From Limnochordia bacterium (lineage in GTDB: Bacteria; Bacillota; Limnochordia; JAAZLZ01): a DNA stretch of 49,346 nucleotides. The DNA is taken from contig JBMNRY010000002.1 of NCBI GenBank assembly GCA_050944915.1, positions 1-49,346 of the forward strand, in the 5' to 3' direction. The position numbers and the translations under genes were made by a program. Below, piece after piece: positions 17,170 through 25,653 of this stretch. Below the pieces are notes generated by a model. That model worked only from the letters and a program-made list of their open reading frames with translations. It had not been told where the DNA came from and did not search any database. The first letter of the stretch is position 1; each line of letters starts with the position of its first letter.

Positions 17170-17211
17170 CACAAACAATCACCCTTTCACGAAATCATGG
17201 GATACTGGATC

Positions 17212-18399
17212 CTAAAAAAAGGTTATTTCAACCTCTTTGCCTTGGTTTGTGAGCAGTTCCGCTAGCTCGGCGATGACCTGTTGTTTTAAGGTCACATTAT
17301 AGGGGAGTTCCGGATTTTGATGGGCTGGATTAATGGCCCGGCCAACGAGAAAGTGAACACTATCGCTATCTTTCAAGGTCTTCGCTAGGTGATCGACACC
17401 ATTGTTGTCCGTTATCGGGTGTTGGCGTCGAAGCTTTTCCAAAACTCCCGTGATAGTGATGATCCCTTCGGTGACTAAATCGACCCCTTTGATCCGCCCC
17501 ATGGGTGGGATCTGGGGGTGGAGGCTGTTCAAATCTACGGTCAGCTCTTCGCCCCACTCTCGGGCGATAATACTGCTGGTTGTGCCCCCACAGACGATTT
17601 TTTTCCCTGGACTCTCCCTTAGGAGTCGGGCGACCTTCCGGTCATCCCGGGGATTGAGGGGGGGGCCGATGACTACCGTAGCATGGCGGGGAGAGCGGAC
17701 CGCGATGACGGCCACCGTCGAATCATCCCCCGGCTCGTTCATGTAAAGCTCTTCACAGATGGAGATGAGCTCTACGGCTACCTGCTGGGCGGTAGGTTTT
17801 TTAGAAACGGCCTTTTCTAGGAAACGACCGATATTTGACCATTGCCAACCAAGGTTGAGAACGCCTCCGATTCCAGCATGGACGACACCGTCGGAAACAA
17901 CGACTAAGTAGTCGTTCGGCCCGATTTCTAAATGGGCTTCCTTCACCGTTTTATTGGCGATGATCCTGCTGGTCCGGTTAAAGGGGGTTACATAGCCGCC
18001 CCGGAGGAAAAAGACACCTGGGTTATCAAACTCCGCTAAATAGACATGACCGCTATGGAAAACTTGGACGATGGTGAAGGTGGAGTAGGCCAACTCCCTG
18101 ACTTTACAGGTCGGCAGGGTTTTGCCCACCGTTTCCACCACTTCCTCGATGTTCGCTCCTTTTTCCAACATGGTCCCGGCAATTTTCGTTGTCAAGGTGG
18201 CTAGAATATTGGCTTTGACGCCGCTGCCCAGTCCATCGGAAAGGATCATGATCACTGAATCGTCCCGATGGACGATATCAACTTTGTCACCACATAGTTC
18301 TTCTCCTTGTTTGTTTAGACTGGCAAATCCTGTATCGATGAACAGGTTTGGATTTGGCGTTAATTTTTTCACGAGCATTGGCCCTTGTTCACCCCACAT
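17212..18399 (-). CDS. PP2C-type (SpoIIE family) serine phosphatase with an uncharacterised C-terminal domain of about 160 aa
   Basis: PP2C/SpoIIE motifs CGDK, LSDGLGSG, VVSDGV and GDDSTV. The start is ambiguous: the ATG at 18399 overlaps the hydS stop, and an ATG at 18378 is also possible. Confidence 0.8.
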   Translation of the reverse strand: MWGEQGPMLVKKLTPNPNLFIDTGFASLNKQGEELCGDKVDIVHRDDSVIMILSDGLGSGVKANILATLTTKIAGTMLEKGANIEEVVETVGKTLPTCKVRELAYSTFTIVQVFHSGHVYLAEFDNPGVFFLRGGYVTPFNRTSRIIANKTVKEAHLEIGPNDYLVVVSDGVVHAGIGGVLNLGWQWSNIGRFLEKAVSKKPTAQQVAVELISICEELYMNEPGDDSTVAVIAVRSPRHATVVIGPPLNPRDDRKVARLLRESPGKKIVCGGTTSSIIAREWGEELTVDLNSLHPQIPPMGRIKGVDLVTEGIITITGVLEKLRRQHPITDNNGVDHLAKTLKDSDSVHFLVGRAINPAHQNPELPYNVTLKQQVIAELAELLTNQGKEVEITFF

Positions 18400-20098
18400 C
18401 TTCCTGCATCAGTTCCATCAATTTGGTCAATAGAACCTTTGTTTCCGCGGTAGTCTCGCCCAACAAACCGGCGATTTCCTGAGCCACCCGCATCTGTTTA
18501 TCGATGACCTCTTGGGCGTTTTCTAAGGTGGTCCGGCGAAGGAGGCTTAATTCCGCTTTTTGTCTTTGTTCACTGGTTATATCATTGAAAATGCCCACCA
18601 CTACCTCTTGGTCCTCGGGCGCGAAGAGGTACTGATGGGTGATTAGATTATATTTTGGATACTCCCTTTGTTGGGCGATTACACTTCGCTCCTGCAGAGC
18701 CTTGCGAAAACCATCGCTGGGAATGAGTTCTTCTACAGGATGATGGAGCAAATCAGCGGCCCGGCAGTGGAATAGGCGTTCTGCCGTAGGATTGATGGCC
18801 AAGATTTCCATGTTTTGATCGACGACGATAATCCCATTGGGGGTCGATTCGATGATCAAATCCGCTAATGATTCGGCTTTGGCCCGCATATAGGGGATGC
18901 ACATTTCGTTTTCGGCGACTCCGTGGTAAACGGCGATGGCCTTTTCCTGACAGGAGTCATAGCCGCAGGCCCCGCAATTTAGTTCTTGTTCCGGTGTGGG
19001 CTTGCCGATTTTGGCCAAGATCCCCCGGATTTCCTCATCACTAGGACGGGGAAGCCGCAGTTGTCGATCCTGATAGTGCCGATGCAACCAGGAGGGGAGG
19101 GTTGGCTCCTCCATTTGGACTTCCGTTACCGTCTTGTTTTGACGATGAACATGTTCCATTAAACGGCGGCGTTTTTCAAAAATGTTATCTTCAACTGGGA
19201 TACAAGGACCATCGATACAGCCACCGCTACAAGCTAACATTTCGATTAAGCGATAGGGTACCTCGGTGCTCAACAACAGTTTGAGCATCCCTTGACATTC
19301 TTGGATACCGGTGACGGTGATCATTTCTTGGTCCAACATATCCGTCGTTAAATGGGCTGTTTTCAAAAGACCTCCACCGATGGGGAACAGGCGGGCCCAT
19401 TTGGTTCGGGGCCGATCGAAGGGCTGAGCCTCTAATTGGGCCCAGTCGATCCCGGCATCCTGGAAGAATTCCTCCAATTGGGTAAAGGTTAAGACGGCAT
19501 CGATGACTCCTTGGAACTGGGTTTCCGCAGCTTCGCCCTTCTTGGCCACACAGGGGCCGATGAAGACAACCCGGCACTGGGGGCCGTAGCTTTCCCGAAG
19601 CAGATGCCCATGGGCGATCATCGGGGAAACGATGGGGATTAGATAATCCCTGGCGGCCGGGTAGTGTTTTTCAATTAGATTGACAACCCCAGGACAGGAA
19701 CTGGCGATGAAGGGACCCTTATGGGCTTCGATATAAGCTCGGTGGGCCCAAGCAACCAATTCCGCCCCGTTAGCCGTCTCTTCCACATATGAGAATCCTA
19801 AAGCCTTCAAACCGGCGACGATCTTGTGGGGGTGATGACAGGAGGCGATGTAAGATGGAGCAAGACTGACTACAACCGGTGTATCTTGTTGTAAATAGGT
19901 CTTAACTTTGTCTACATCGCTTAATACCTGTTTGGCCCCTTGGGGACAAACACTAAGACAATGTCCATCTAAGATACAACGTTCCTGCCAGATTTGGGCA
20001 TGTCCTGTATGGACTTTAATGGCTTTCACGGGGCAGTGACGGACACATTTATAGCAATCTTTACATTGGGCCTGGATCGTCTTCAGGAAAAACTCCAT
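18389..20098 (-). CDS. hydS: HydS-like putative sensory [FeFe]-hydrogenase (group C) with a C-terminal 4-Cys motif and PAS domain
   Basis: N-terminal CxxCxxCxxxCP ferredoxin motif. Modified H-cluster motifs ASSCPGV (vs TSCCP), GPCVAKKGE (vs MPCxxKxxE) and EMLACSGGC. These are followed by CGACGYDSC...C and a PAS-like region (PNGIIVVDQNMEILAINPTAERLF). Confidence 0.8.
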   Translation of the reverse strand: MEFFLKTIQAQCKDCYKCVRHCPVKAIKVHTGHAQIWQERCILDGHCLSVCPQGAKQVLSDVDKVKTYLQQDTPVVVSLAPSYIASCHHPHKIVAGLKALGFSYVEETANGAELVAWAHRAYIEAHKGPFIASSCPGVVNLIEKHYPAARDYLIPIVSPMIAHGHLLRESYGPQCRVVFIGPCVAKKGEAAETQFQGVIDAVLTFTQLEEFFQDAGIDWAQLEAQPFDRPRTKWARLFPIGGGLLKTAHLTTDMLDQEMITVTGIQECQGMLKLLLSTEVPYRLIEMLACSGGCIDGPCIPVEDNIFEKRRRLMEHVHRQNKTVTEVQMEEPTLPSWLHRHYQDRQLRLPRPSDEEIRGILAKIGKPTPEQELNCGACGYDSCQEKAIAVYHGVAENEMCIPYMRAKAESLADLIIESTPNGIIVVDQNMEILAINPTAERLFHCRAADLLHHPVEELIPSDGFRKALQERSVIAQQREYPKYNLITHQYLFAPEDQEVVVGIFNDITSEQRQKAELSLLRRTTLENAQEVIDKQMRVAQEIAGLLGETTAETKVLLTKLMELMQEDVG

Positions 20099-20352
20099 TA
20101 TGGTACCCCCACGCGGGCTAAGATTTCTTGGGTAAAGAATTGCTCTGTATTATCCTTATTGAGATTAAAGAATAATTCTCCATCGATGGCTACCACCACC
20201 GCTTGTGTACAGTGGCCAAGGCAAAAGGTCCCCTCTAATTCCACCAGATCGGCGAGCTGGTGCTCGTCGATCAAGGCCTGTAAATTGGTGATCACATCAT
20301 AGGAACCTTTCAGATGACAGGAGCTTCCGACACAAACGGAGATGGTGACCAC
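20098..20352 (-). CDS. Small thioredoxin-like [2Fe-2S] ferredoxin domain protein (first gene of the hyd locus)
   Basis: 84 aa with CVGSSCHLKG...FCLGHC. Its stop overlaps the hydS ATG (TAATG). GTG start. Confidence 0.75.
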   Translation of the reverse strand: MVTISVCVGSSCHLKGSYDVITNLQALIDEHQLADLVELEGTFCLGHCTQAVVVAIDGELFFNLNKDNTEQFFTQEILARVGVP

Positions 20353-20401
20353 AGGTCGAACCCCATTTCTCTTTAAGGTTAGTTCCTAGTTTCACGATTG
20401 T

Positions 20402-20430
20402 ATTGTATCATGCCCTCCACGGGAATACAA
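20402..20430 (-). promoter_or_regulatory. Candidate sigma-A promoter of the hydrogenase operon
   Basis: On the minus strand: TTGTAT, a 17-nt spacer, then TACAAT, about 50 nt upstream of the first gene. Confidence 0.45.
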
Positions 20431-20436
20431 GACTAT

Positions 20437-20454
20437 TAGTGTCATATTTCACAA
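20437..20454. promoter_or_regulatory. Rex-like operator candidate (hyd side)
   Basis: The minus strand reads TTGTGAA-ATAT-GACACTA, against the Rex consensus TTGTGAAnnnnTTCACAA. That is 11 of 14 half-site positions. Confidence 0.35.
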
Positions 20455-20555
20455 TACTTTTGGAAATGTGCAATACTTTTTTCTTTCAGGACTGCCTGGA
20501 GCCAATAATTGTGCAAAAAGGGGAGGATTCCCACGGCTGTCAAAAGAAAATATAA

Positions 20556-20573
20556 TTGTGCCAATTTGCGCAA
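20556..20573. promoter_or_regulatory. Rex-like / inverted-repeat operator candidate (adh side)
   Basis: TTGTGCC-AATT-TGCGCAA is an imperfect palindrome. It directly abuts a TATAAT at 20551-20556 and lies about 30 nt upstream of the adh RBS. Confidence 0.35.
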
Positions 20574-20605
20574 CATCGGTCTAATCATTCAAGGAGGGAT
20601 TGTCC

Positions 20606-21766
20606 ATGTTGGCTGAGGTGAAGGAATTCTTTTGTCCAACCAGGGTAGTCACCGGTTTTGGAGTCTATGCACAACTGGGTCAGCGGGCGGCGGAATTGGG
20701 CATGAAAAAGCCGATGGTTGTCAGCGATCAAGGCATTGCCCAGGCGGGGATTCTAGAGCGGGGCTTGCAAGCTTTGGAAGAGGCCGGTATCGAATATGTA
20801 CTCTTCGACGAAGTGAACCCCGATCCCGACAACGAATTGATCGATCGAATGGCTAAAATAGCGGCGGAGGAAGGCGTTGATTCCTTCATCGGTATCGGCG
20901 GCGGTAGTCCCATGGATGCTTCGAAATTGGTGAACATCGTTCATACCCACGGCGGTAGCATCGTCGAGTATGCCCGGGATAAGATGGTACCCGGTCCCCT
21001 AATGCCCCTTATCGCCGTAGCGACTACTGCGGGAACCGGTAGTGAGGTAACCCGCAACGCTGTGGTCACTGACTTAGAGCGGAAATTCAAGCGGGGTATC
21101 GGCAGCGATTATAATTATCCAACCCTCTCCCTCGTGGACTATGAATTGATCGCCAATCAACCGCCGAGGATCGCGGCTTCCACGGGGATGGATGCCCTGA
21201 CCCATGCCATCGAAGGTTACACCTGTCGCAAGGCCCAACCCATTTCCGATGCCTTATGCTTGCGGGCCATTTCTCTGATTGGGGCCAATATTCGGGCTAT
21301 CTCTGCAGGCCAGGGGGATCTCCAAGCCGGTAAGGGGATGGCTTTAGGTAGTACCATTGCGGGGATGGCCTTTAGCAACTCCTCCGTCGGCCTTGTCCAC
21401 GCCATGTCCCAAGCGGCTGGTTCCCTATGTGGTGTGCCCCATGGCATCGGTAATGCCATCTTGTTGCCCCATGTGATGGAATTCAACCTCATCGGTAATC
21501 TAGAACGATTTGCCGATGTGGCCCGGGCCCTTGGGGAGAATGTCGAAGGATTGACATTAAGGGAGGCTGCCCAAGCCGCGGTGGAAGCCGTATGGAGCTT
21601 AAATGCCGATATCGGCATTCCCGATGGGCTAGGCCAAGCGGGAGTGAAGGAAGAAAACATTGACGAATTAATCGAGCTCAGTTTGATGAATGTTAACGGT
21701 ATCCGGTTAAATCCCCGCCGGGTAACTAGAGAGGATATCAGGGCTATTTACCAAGCAGCCCTCTAG
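20606..21766 (+). CDS. Iron-containing (group III) alcohol dehydrogenase
   Basis: Fe-ADH motifs GIGGGSPMDASK and the metal-His cluster (HAIEGY, HAMSQ...PHGIGNAILLPHV). The ATG at 20606 lies 8 nt after AAGGAGGGA. Confidence 0.85.
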   Translation: MLAEVKEFFCPTRVVTGFGVYAQLGQRAAELGMKKPMVVSDQGIAQAGILERGLQALEEAGIEYVLFDEVNPDPDNELIDRMAKIAAEEGVDSFIGIGGGSPMDASKLVNIVHTHGGSIVEYARDKMVPGPLMPLIAVATTAGTGSEVTRNAVVTDLERKFKRGIGSDYNYPTLSLVDYELIANQPPRIAASTGMDALTHAIEGYTCRKAQPISDALCLRAISLIGANIRAISAGQGDLQAGKGMALGSTIAGMAFSNSSVGLVHAMSQAAGSLCGVPHGIGNAILLPHVMEFNLIGNLERFADVARALGENVEGLTLREAAQAAVEAVWSLNADIGIPDGLGQAGVKEENIDELIELSLMNVNGIRLNPRRVTREDIRAIYQAAL

Positions 21767-21779
21767 GGAGGTGTAGTCA

Positions 21780-21965
21780 TTGCCCATCATCAACGTTACC
21801 ATGTTAGAAGGTCGCACCACCGAACAGAAGCGGACTTTAGCCAAGGAAATGACCGATTTGGTCTGTGATGTTCTCAAATGTCCTGCTGAGGCGGTGACCA
21901 TCGTCATCGAGGAGCTGCCCCGGGAGAATATCGCCAAAGCCGGTCGCCTCTATAGCGACCAATAA
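21780..21965 (+). CDS. 4-oxalocrotonate tautomerase family protein
   Basis: 61 aa with an N-terminal (M)PIINV catalytic Pro1 pattern and ...GRT.EQK..L....T. TTG start after GGAGGTG. Confidence 0.8.
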   Translation: MPIINVTMLEGRTTEQKRTLAKEMTDLVCDVLKCPAEAVTIVIEELPRENIAKAGRLYSDQ

Positions 21966-22064
21966 ATAGGTAAGCCTTACTGGCACTAGTCCCAGGACCT
22001 CTCCATAAGATATAGCGAAGATACGGCGGGGCCGTAATTTATCCTGGGATGAGGAGGTCAGTAA

Positions 22065-22244
22065 GATGAAAGAAACGTCGGTGGTAAAGCCCCAACTCTT
22101 TGGCGATCCCGATAGCTTGGAGGCCATTGCCAGCTTCTTGATGTTGACTGTCTTTGCCTTTTTGATGTGGGTACTCGGCCCACTATCCTTCTTTGCTTTC
22201 CTCGTTCTCTTGGCCATCTATCTGTTCTTGTGGTTGCTTGGCTA
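22065..22244 (+). CDS. Small membrane protein (59 aa, two predicted TM helices), not in the ORF track
   Basis: The ATG lies 8 nt after GAGGAGG. Translation: MKETSVVKPQLFGDPDSLEAIASFLMLTVFAFLMWVLGPLSFFAFLVLLAIYLFLWLLG. A strong terminator follows immediately. Confidence 0.6.
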
Positions 22245-22253
22245 AGATGGACC

Positions 22254-22278
22254 CAAAAGCCCCTGCAGGGGCTTTTTT
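22254..22278 (+). terminator. Rho-independent terminator
   Basis: AAAAGCCCCTGCAGGGGCTTTTTTT: a perfect GC-rich stem with a T-run. Confidence 0.85.
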
Positions 22279-22371
22279 TAATGGAAAGAATTCCACCTTG
22301 CTTGAGGGCATGTTTTCTTTCCCAGGGGAAAGGATGAACAGGAAACTCCCATTGGATTGAGGAGGCCGCCG

Positions 22372-23037
22372 ATGTTAGGAATAATCATCCTTTCCCTTGG
22401 GCCCGGTTTGTTATGGTTATGGTATTTCCAGCGTTTCGATCCCTGGGATAGGGAGCCTTTTGCCCTATTAGTTAAGACCTTCGTTGGGGGCATGTTCATG
22501 GTCATCCCGGCCATTTTGTGGGAAGGCCTCTTTCGCCCTTGGTTAGAGAGTCCACCCCATTTACTAGCTACCCTGTTGGTCACCTTTTTGGTAGTTGGGT
22601 TTGCCGAGGAGGGGGTAAAGCTTTTGGCCGTCCTATGGGGTGCCTACTTTTCCTCCCATTTTAATGAAGGTCTAGATGGGATCATTTATGCCATCAGCGC
22701 TGGTTTAGGTTTTGCAGCGGTGGAAAACGTCTTCTACGTTCTTGGTTTTGGAGCCGGTGTGGCCCTGCCTCGGGGTGTGATCGCCTTTTTAGCCCATGCC
22801 TCCTTCGCCGGGGTGATGGGTTATTATATCGGTCGGGCCAAGTTTAGCTCAGCGGGGGGGTGGGAGATGGCCAAAGGATTGGCTTGGGCCGTTTTTTTCC
22901 ATGGCCTGTATGATTTTATTCTCATCGGGGGCATTTTGCCTCCTTGGACGGCCATCGCCTTGGTGGCCGTCGTTTTTGGCTGGCTCTTAATTTTAATCCG
23001 CCGGGCGCAGCAGGCTTCTCCCTTTGGCCCTAACTAG
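22372..23037 (+). CDS. prsW: PrsW family intramembrane metalloprotease
   Basis: PrsW motifs FAEEGVKLL, HASFAGVMGY and HGLYDF in a polytopic membrane protein. The ATG at 22372 follows GAGGAGG. Confidence 0.8.
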   Translation: MLGIIILSLGPGLLWLWYFQRFDPWDREPFALLVKTFVGGMFMVIPAILWEGLFRPWLESPPHLLATLLVTFLVVGFAEEGVKLLAVLWGAYFSSHFNEGLDGIIYAISAGLGFAAVENVFYVLGFGAGVALPRGVIAFLAHASFAGVMGYYIGRAKFSSAGGWEMAKGLAWAVFFHGLYDFILIGGILPPWTAIALVAVVFGWLLILIRRAQQASPFGPN

Positions 23038-23096
23038 CAGTTCATGGCTAAATATGCTACAATAAAGGGCGATATTAGTAGAAGGAAGGGAGCTTA

Positions 23097-23852
23097 ATGG
23101 CTGGACATTCAAAATGGGCCAATATCAAGCATAAGAAGGCTAAGGAAGATGCCCGGCGGGGGAAGGTCTTCACTAGGCTATCCCGGGAACTGACGGTGGC
23201 CGCCCGGGAAGGTGGAGGCGATCCCAACGCGAACCAGAGGTTGCGATTGGCCATCGAAAGGGCTCGGGCAGTTAATATGCCTAATGATAATATCGAGCGG
23301 GCCATTAAACGGGGTACTGGAGAGCTCGAAGGCTCCAATTACGAAGAAATTGTCTATGAAGGCTATGGGCCCGGGGGCGTAGCCATTATGATGGAAATTA
23401 TGACCGATAACCGCAATCGGACCGCCGGCGATATCCGCCATCTGTTCAGCAAATATGGCGGAAGCTTGGGGGAGACCGGTTGTGTTTCTTGGATGTTTGA
23501 AAAAAAGGGATATTTGACCATGGATCTAGCCCAGGCCGGCGGTGATGAGGACGTAGTTATGTTGGCGGCTTTAGAAGCCGGCGCGGAAGACGTCCAAATC
23601 GAAGATGGTCTCGTAGAGGTTTTCACCGCACCCGAAGATTTCAACGAGGTCCTAGAAGGCTTGCGGGGATCAGGCTTGCCGGTGGAGGAGGCCAAAATCA
23701 CCATGTTGCCTCAAAACACCGTGGAAGTAGACGAGGCTACCGCTGAACCCCTCCTGAAACTGATGGGTGTCTTAGAAGACCATGACGATATCCAAGAGGT
23801 TTATGCTAATTTTGATATCCCCGACGAACTGTTGGAAAAATTGGATCAATAG
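23097..23852 (+). CDS. yebC: YebC/PmpR family DNA-binding transcriptional regulator
   Basis: [15 protein letters not shown]-terminus and full-length family similarity. Confidence 0.9.
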   Translation: MAGHSKWANIKHKKAKEDARRGKVFTRLSRELTVAAREGGGDPNANQRLRLAIERARAVNMPNDNIERAIKRGTGELEGSNYEEIVYEGYGPGGVAIMMEIMTDNRNRTAGDIRHLFSKYGGSLGETGCVSWMFEKKGYLTMDLAQAGGDEDVVMLAALEAGAEDVQIEDGLVEVFTAPEDFNEVLEGLRGSGLPVEEAKITMLPQNTVEVDEATAEPLLKLMGVLEDHDDIQEVYANFDIPDELLEKLDQ

Positions 23853-23914
23853 TTGTATATTCCCTTCGGTCCAGGGAACACTAGGGGCAAAAGAAAGCCC
23901 AAGGAGTGTTGCCA

Positions 23915-24499
23915 ATGGGCAAGAAGGGAAAGTGGGTTGTCCTGGGCTTGGGACTGACGGTTTTTGTGGCGGGCTTTACCTTCGGGGTGTTCCTCTATTA
24001 CCACCAGATGACCTTTGAGGAAGCTAGTGACCTTTTGCGGGGTGGGGGCACCGGTGGCCTGCCCCAAGGGGATCTAGAAGAAGTCTTAGCCTTAGAGGCC
24101 AATCTGTTGGTGACCATGGTCTATGATGATGGATGTCGGGAAACCCTGCCCGCGAGATTAGTGCCGTCCGATATGGTGGGTAAGACCAGGCGGGAGGTTG
24201 AAGAAGCCTATGGGCAGTGGGCGGTCAAAAGCTTCGGCCCCCGGGAATTAACGGTGGAAAAGCGTGGTGGTCCCTGTCCCCGCCATGCCCAGATGTACTT
24301 AGGTGTTAGTGAGGGACACGTCGCCATTTTCCAAGGTCATCCCCAAGCCGGGGGGCGGGTTCTGCGACGGACGAACATTCTGTTGCGGAATATCCCCGGT
24401 GATGAGCGCAGCGACCTACTACAGGGAATTCCGGTGGCCGATGAAGAAGAAGCCCTCCTGATCCTTGAGGGGATCGGAGAGTCTGAGGGCCGTACATAG
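23915..24499 (+). CDS. bofC: BofC-like forespore checkpoint protein (BofC C-terminal domain)
   Basis: N-terminal TM/signal segment. YLGVSEGHVAIFQGHP and LLQGIPV...EEA motifs match B. subtilis BofC (YIGVSDNGVISTFHGRP; LLKGIPF). It sits upstream of the ruv genes, as in Bacilli. Confidence 0.65.
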   Translation: MGKKGKWVVLGLGLTVFVAGFTFGVFLYYHQMTFEEASDLLRGGGTGGLPQGDLEEVLALEANLLVTMVYDDGCRETLPARLVPSDMVGKTRREVEEAYGQWAVKSFGPRELTVEKRGGPCPRHAQMYLGVSEGHVAIFQGHPQAGGRVLRRTNILLRNIPGDERSDLLQGIPVADEEEALLILEGIGESEGRT

Positions 24500-24565
24500 C
24501 AGCCTTTCCAATTAGAGGGAAAGGCTTTTCCTTTGTCGAATAAAGGTTCTGAAGGGGGATGCCTT

Positions 24566-25069
24566 GTGGAAGTGATTCTAGGCATTGATCCGGGAACCGC
24601 TTTGACAGGTTATGGGGTGGTGGCCTCTGATCAAAGGAAGCTACACCCCCTTACTTATGGTGTCATTCGAACCAGGGCTGATTTAGATCAGGCCCAGCGG
24701 TTACGGCAAATCTATGATGCCCTCGAGGCATTGATCGATAAATATCATCCGGGAGTTGTCGTCGTTGAACAGTTGTTCTTCAACAAAAACATCCGCAGTG
24801 CCTTGGCCGTGGGCCAAGCCCGGGGCGTGGCCATCTTGGCCGGAGCCCAAGCCGGTCTGCCGGTGGAGGAGTATACGCCGCTGCAGGTGAAACAGGCCTT
24901 AACGGGCCAGGGGCGGGCCGATAAAGAGCAGGTCGCCTATATGGTGAAAATCCTATTGGGTTTGAGGGAAACTCCGAAACCCGATGATGTGACCGATGCT
25001 TTGGCCGTCGCGATTACCCATGCCCATTTAGGAGGCACATTAGCTCTTTGGGAGAGACATAAACTATGA
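24566..25069 (+). CDS. ruvC: Crossover junction endodeoxyribonuclease RuvC
   Basis: ILGIDPGT..TGYGV, VVVEQLFF and DVTDALAVAITH motifs. The GTG at 24566 follows GAAGGGGGA. The ORF track starts at 24533. Confidence 0.9.
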   Translation: MEVILGIDPGTALTGYGVVASDQRKLHPLTYGVIRTRADLDQAQRLRQIYDALEALIDKYHPGVVVVEQLFFNKNIRSALAVGQARGVAILAGAQAGLPVEEYTPLQVKQALTGQGRADKEQVAYMVKILLGLRETPKPDDVTDALAVAITHAHLGGTLALWERHKL

Positions 25070-25641
25070 TTGCCACACTCCGTGGTCAAATTATCGCTAG
25101 GGGAACCGAACACGTGGTCTTAGATGTGGGTGGGATCGGTTTTATGGTCTATGTTCCCTTATCCTTGTGGGAAAGGTTAGGGGAAACCGACTCGACCTTG
25201 ACCTTATATACTTATTTACATGTTCGGGATGATGCCCTAACCCTATATGGTTTTGGGACCCGGGAAGAGGAAGGGCTATTTCGCCAATTGATCACCGTTT
25301 CGGGTCTAGGACCCAAATCGGCTTTGAAGATCCTATCGGCCATCGATCCCAGGGAGTTCCGCCAGGCGGTCATGACGGGCGATATGGCCCTTTTGACTAC
25401 CTTGCCGGGGATTGGGAAAAAGACGGCCCAGCGGATTCTCTTGGAATTGAAAGATAAATTGGTCGACGAAGAGATCCCCTCTCTACCTCAGGGCTCCCCC
25501 GGAGCCGATGCCTTGGCGGCTTTGTTGGCTTTAGGATACAGCCAAGCTGAAGCCGCGGCGGCGTTACAAAAGACTGAAGGGGAGACGGGGGATCTAACGG
25601 TGGAAGAAATGGTGCGTCGGGCCTTGAGCCATCTAATCTAA
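25066..25641 (+). CDS. ruvA: Holliday junction branch migration protein RuvA
   Basis: MIATLRG..., helix-hairpin-helix motifs (VSGLGPKSALKIL; LPGIGKKTAQRI). ATGA overlap with ruvC. Confidence 0.9.
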   Translation: MIATLRGQIIARGTEHVVLDVGGIGFMVYVPLSLWERLGETDSTLTLYTYLHVRDDALTLYGFGTREEEGLFRQLITVSGLGPKSALKILSAIDPREFRQAVMTGDMALLTTLPGIGKKTAQRILLELKDKLVDEEIPSLPQGSPGADALAALLALGYSQAEAAAALQKTEGETGDLTVEEMVRRALSHLI

Positions 25642-25653
25642 GGAGGTCTCATA

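Noticed and set aside
21837-22217. A 126-aa minus-strand ORF overlapping the tautomerase 3' end and the small membrane ORF.
   Set aside because: It overlaps two better-supported plus-strand genes and has no RBS. The plus-strand small ORF has both an RBS and a terminator.
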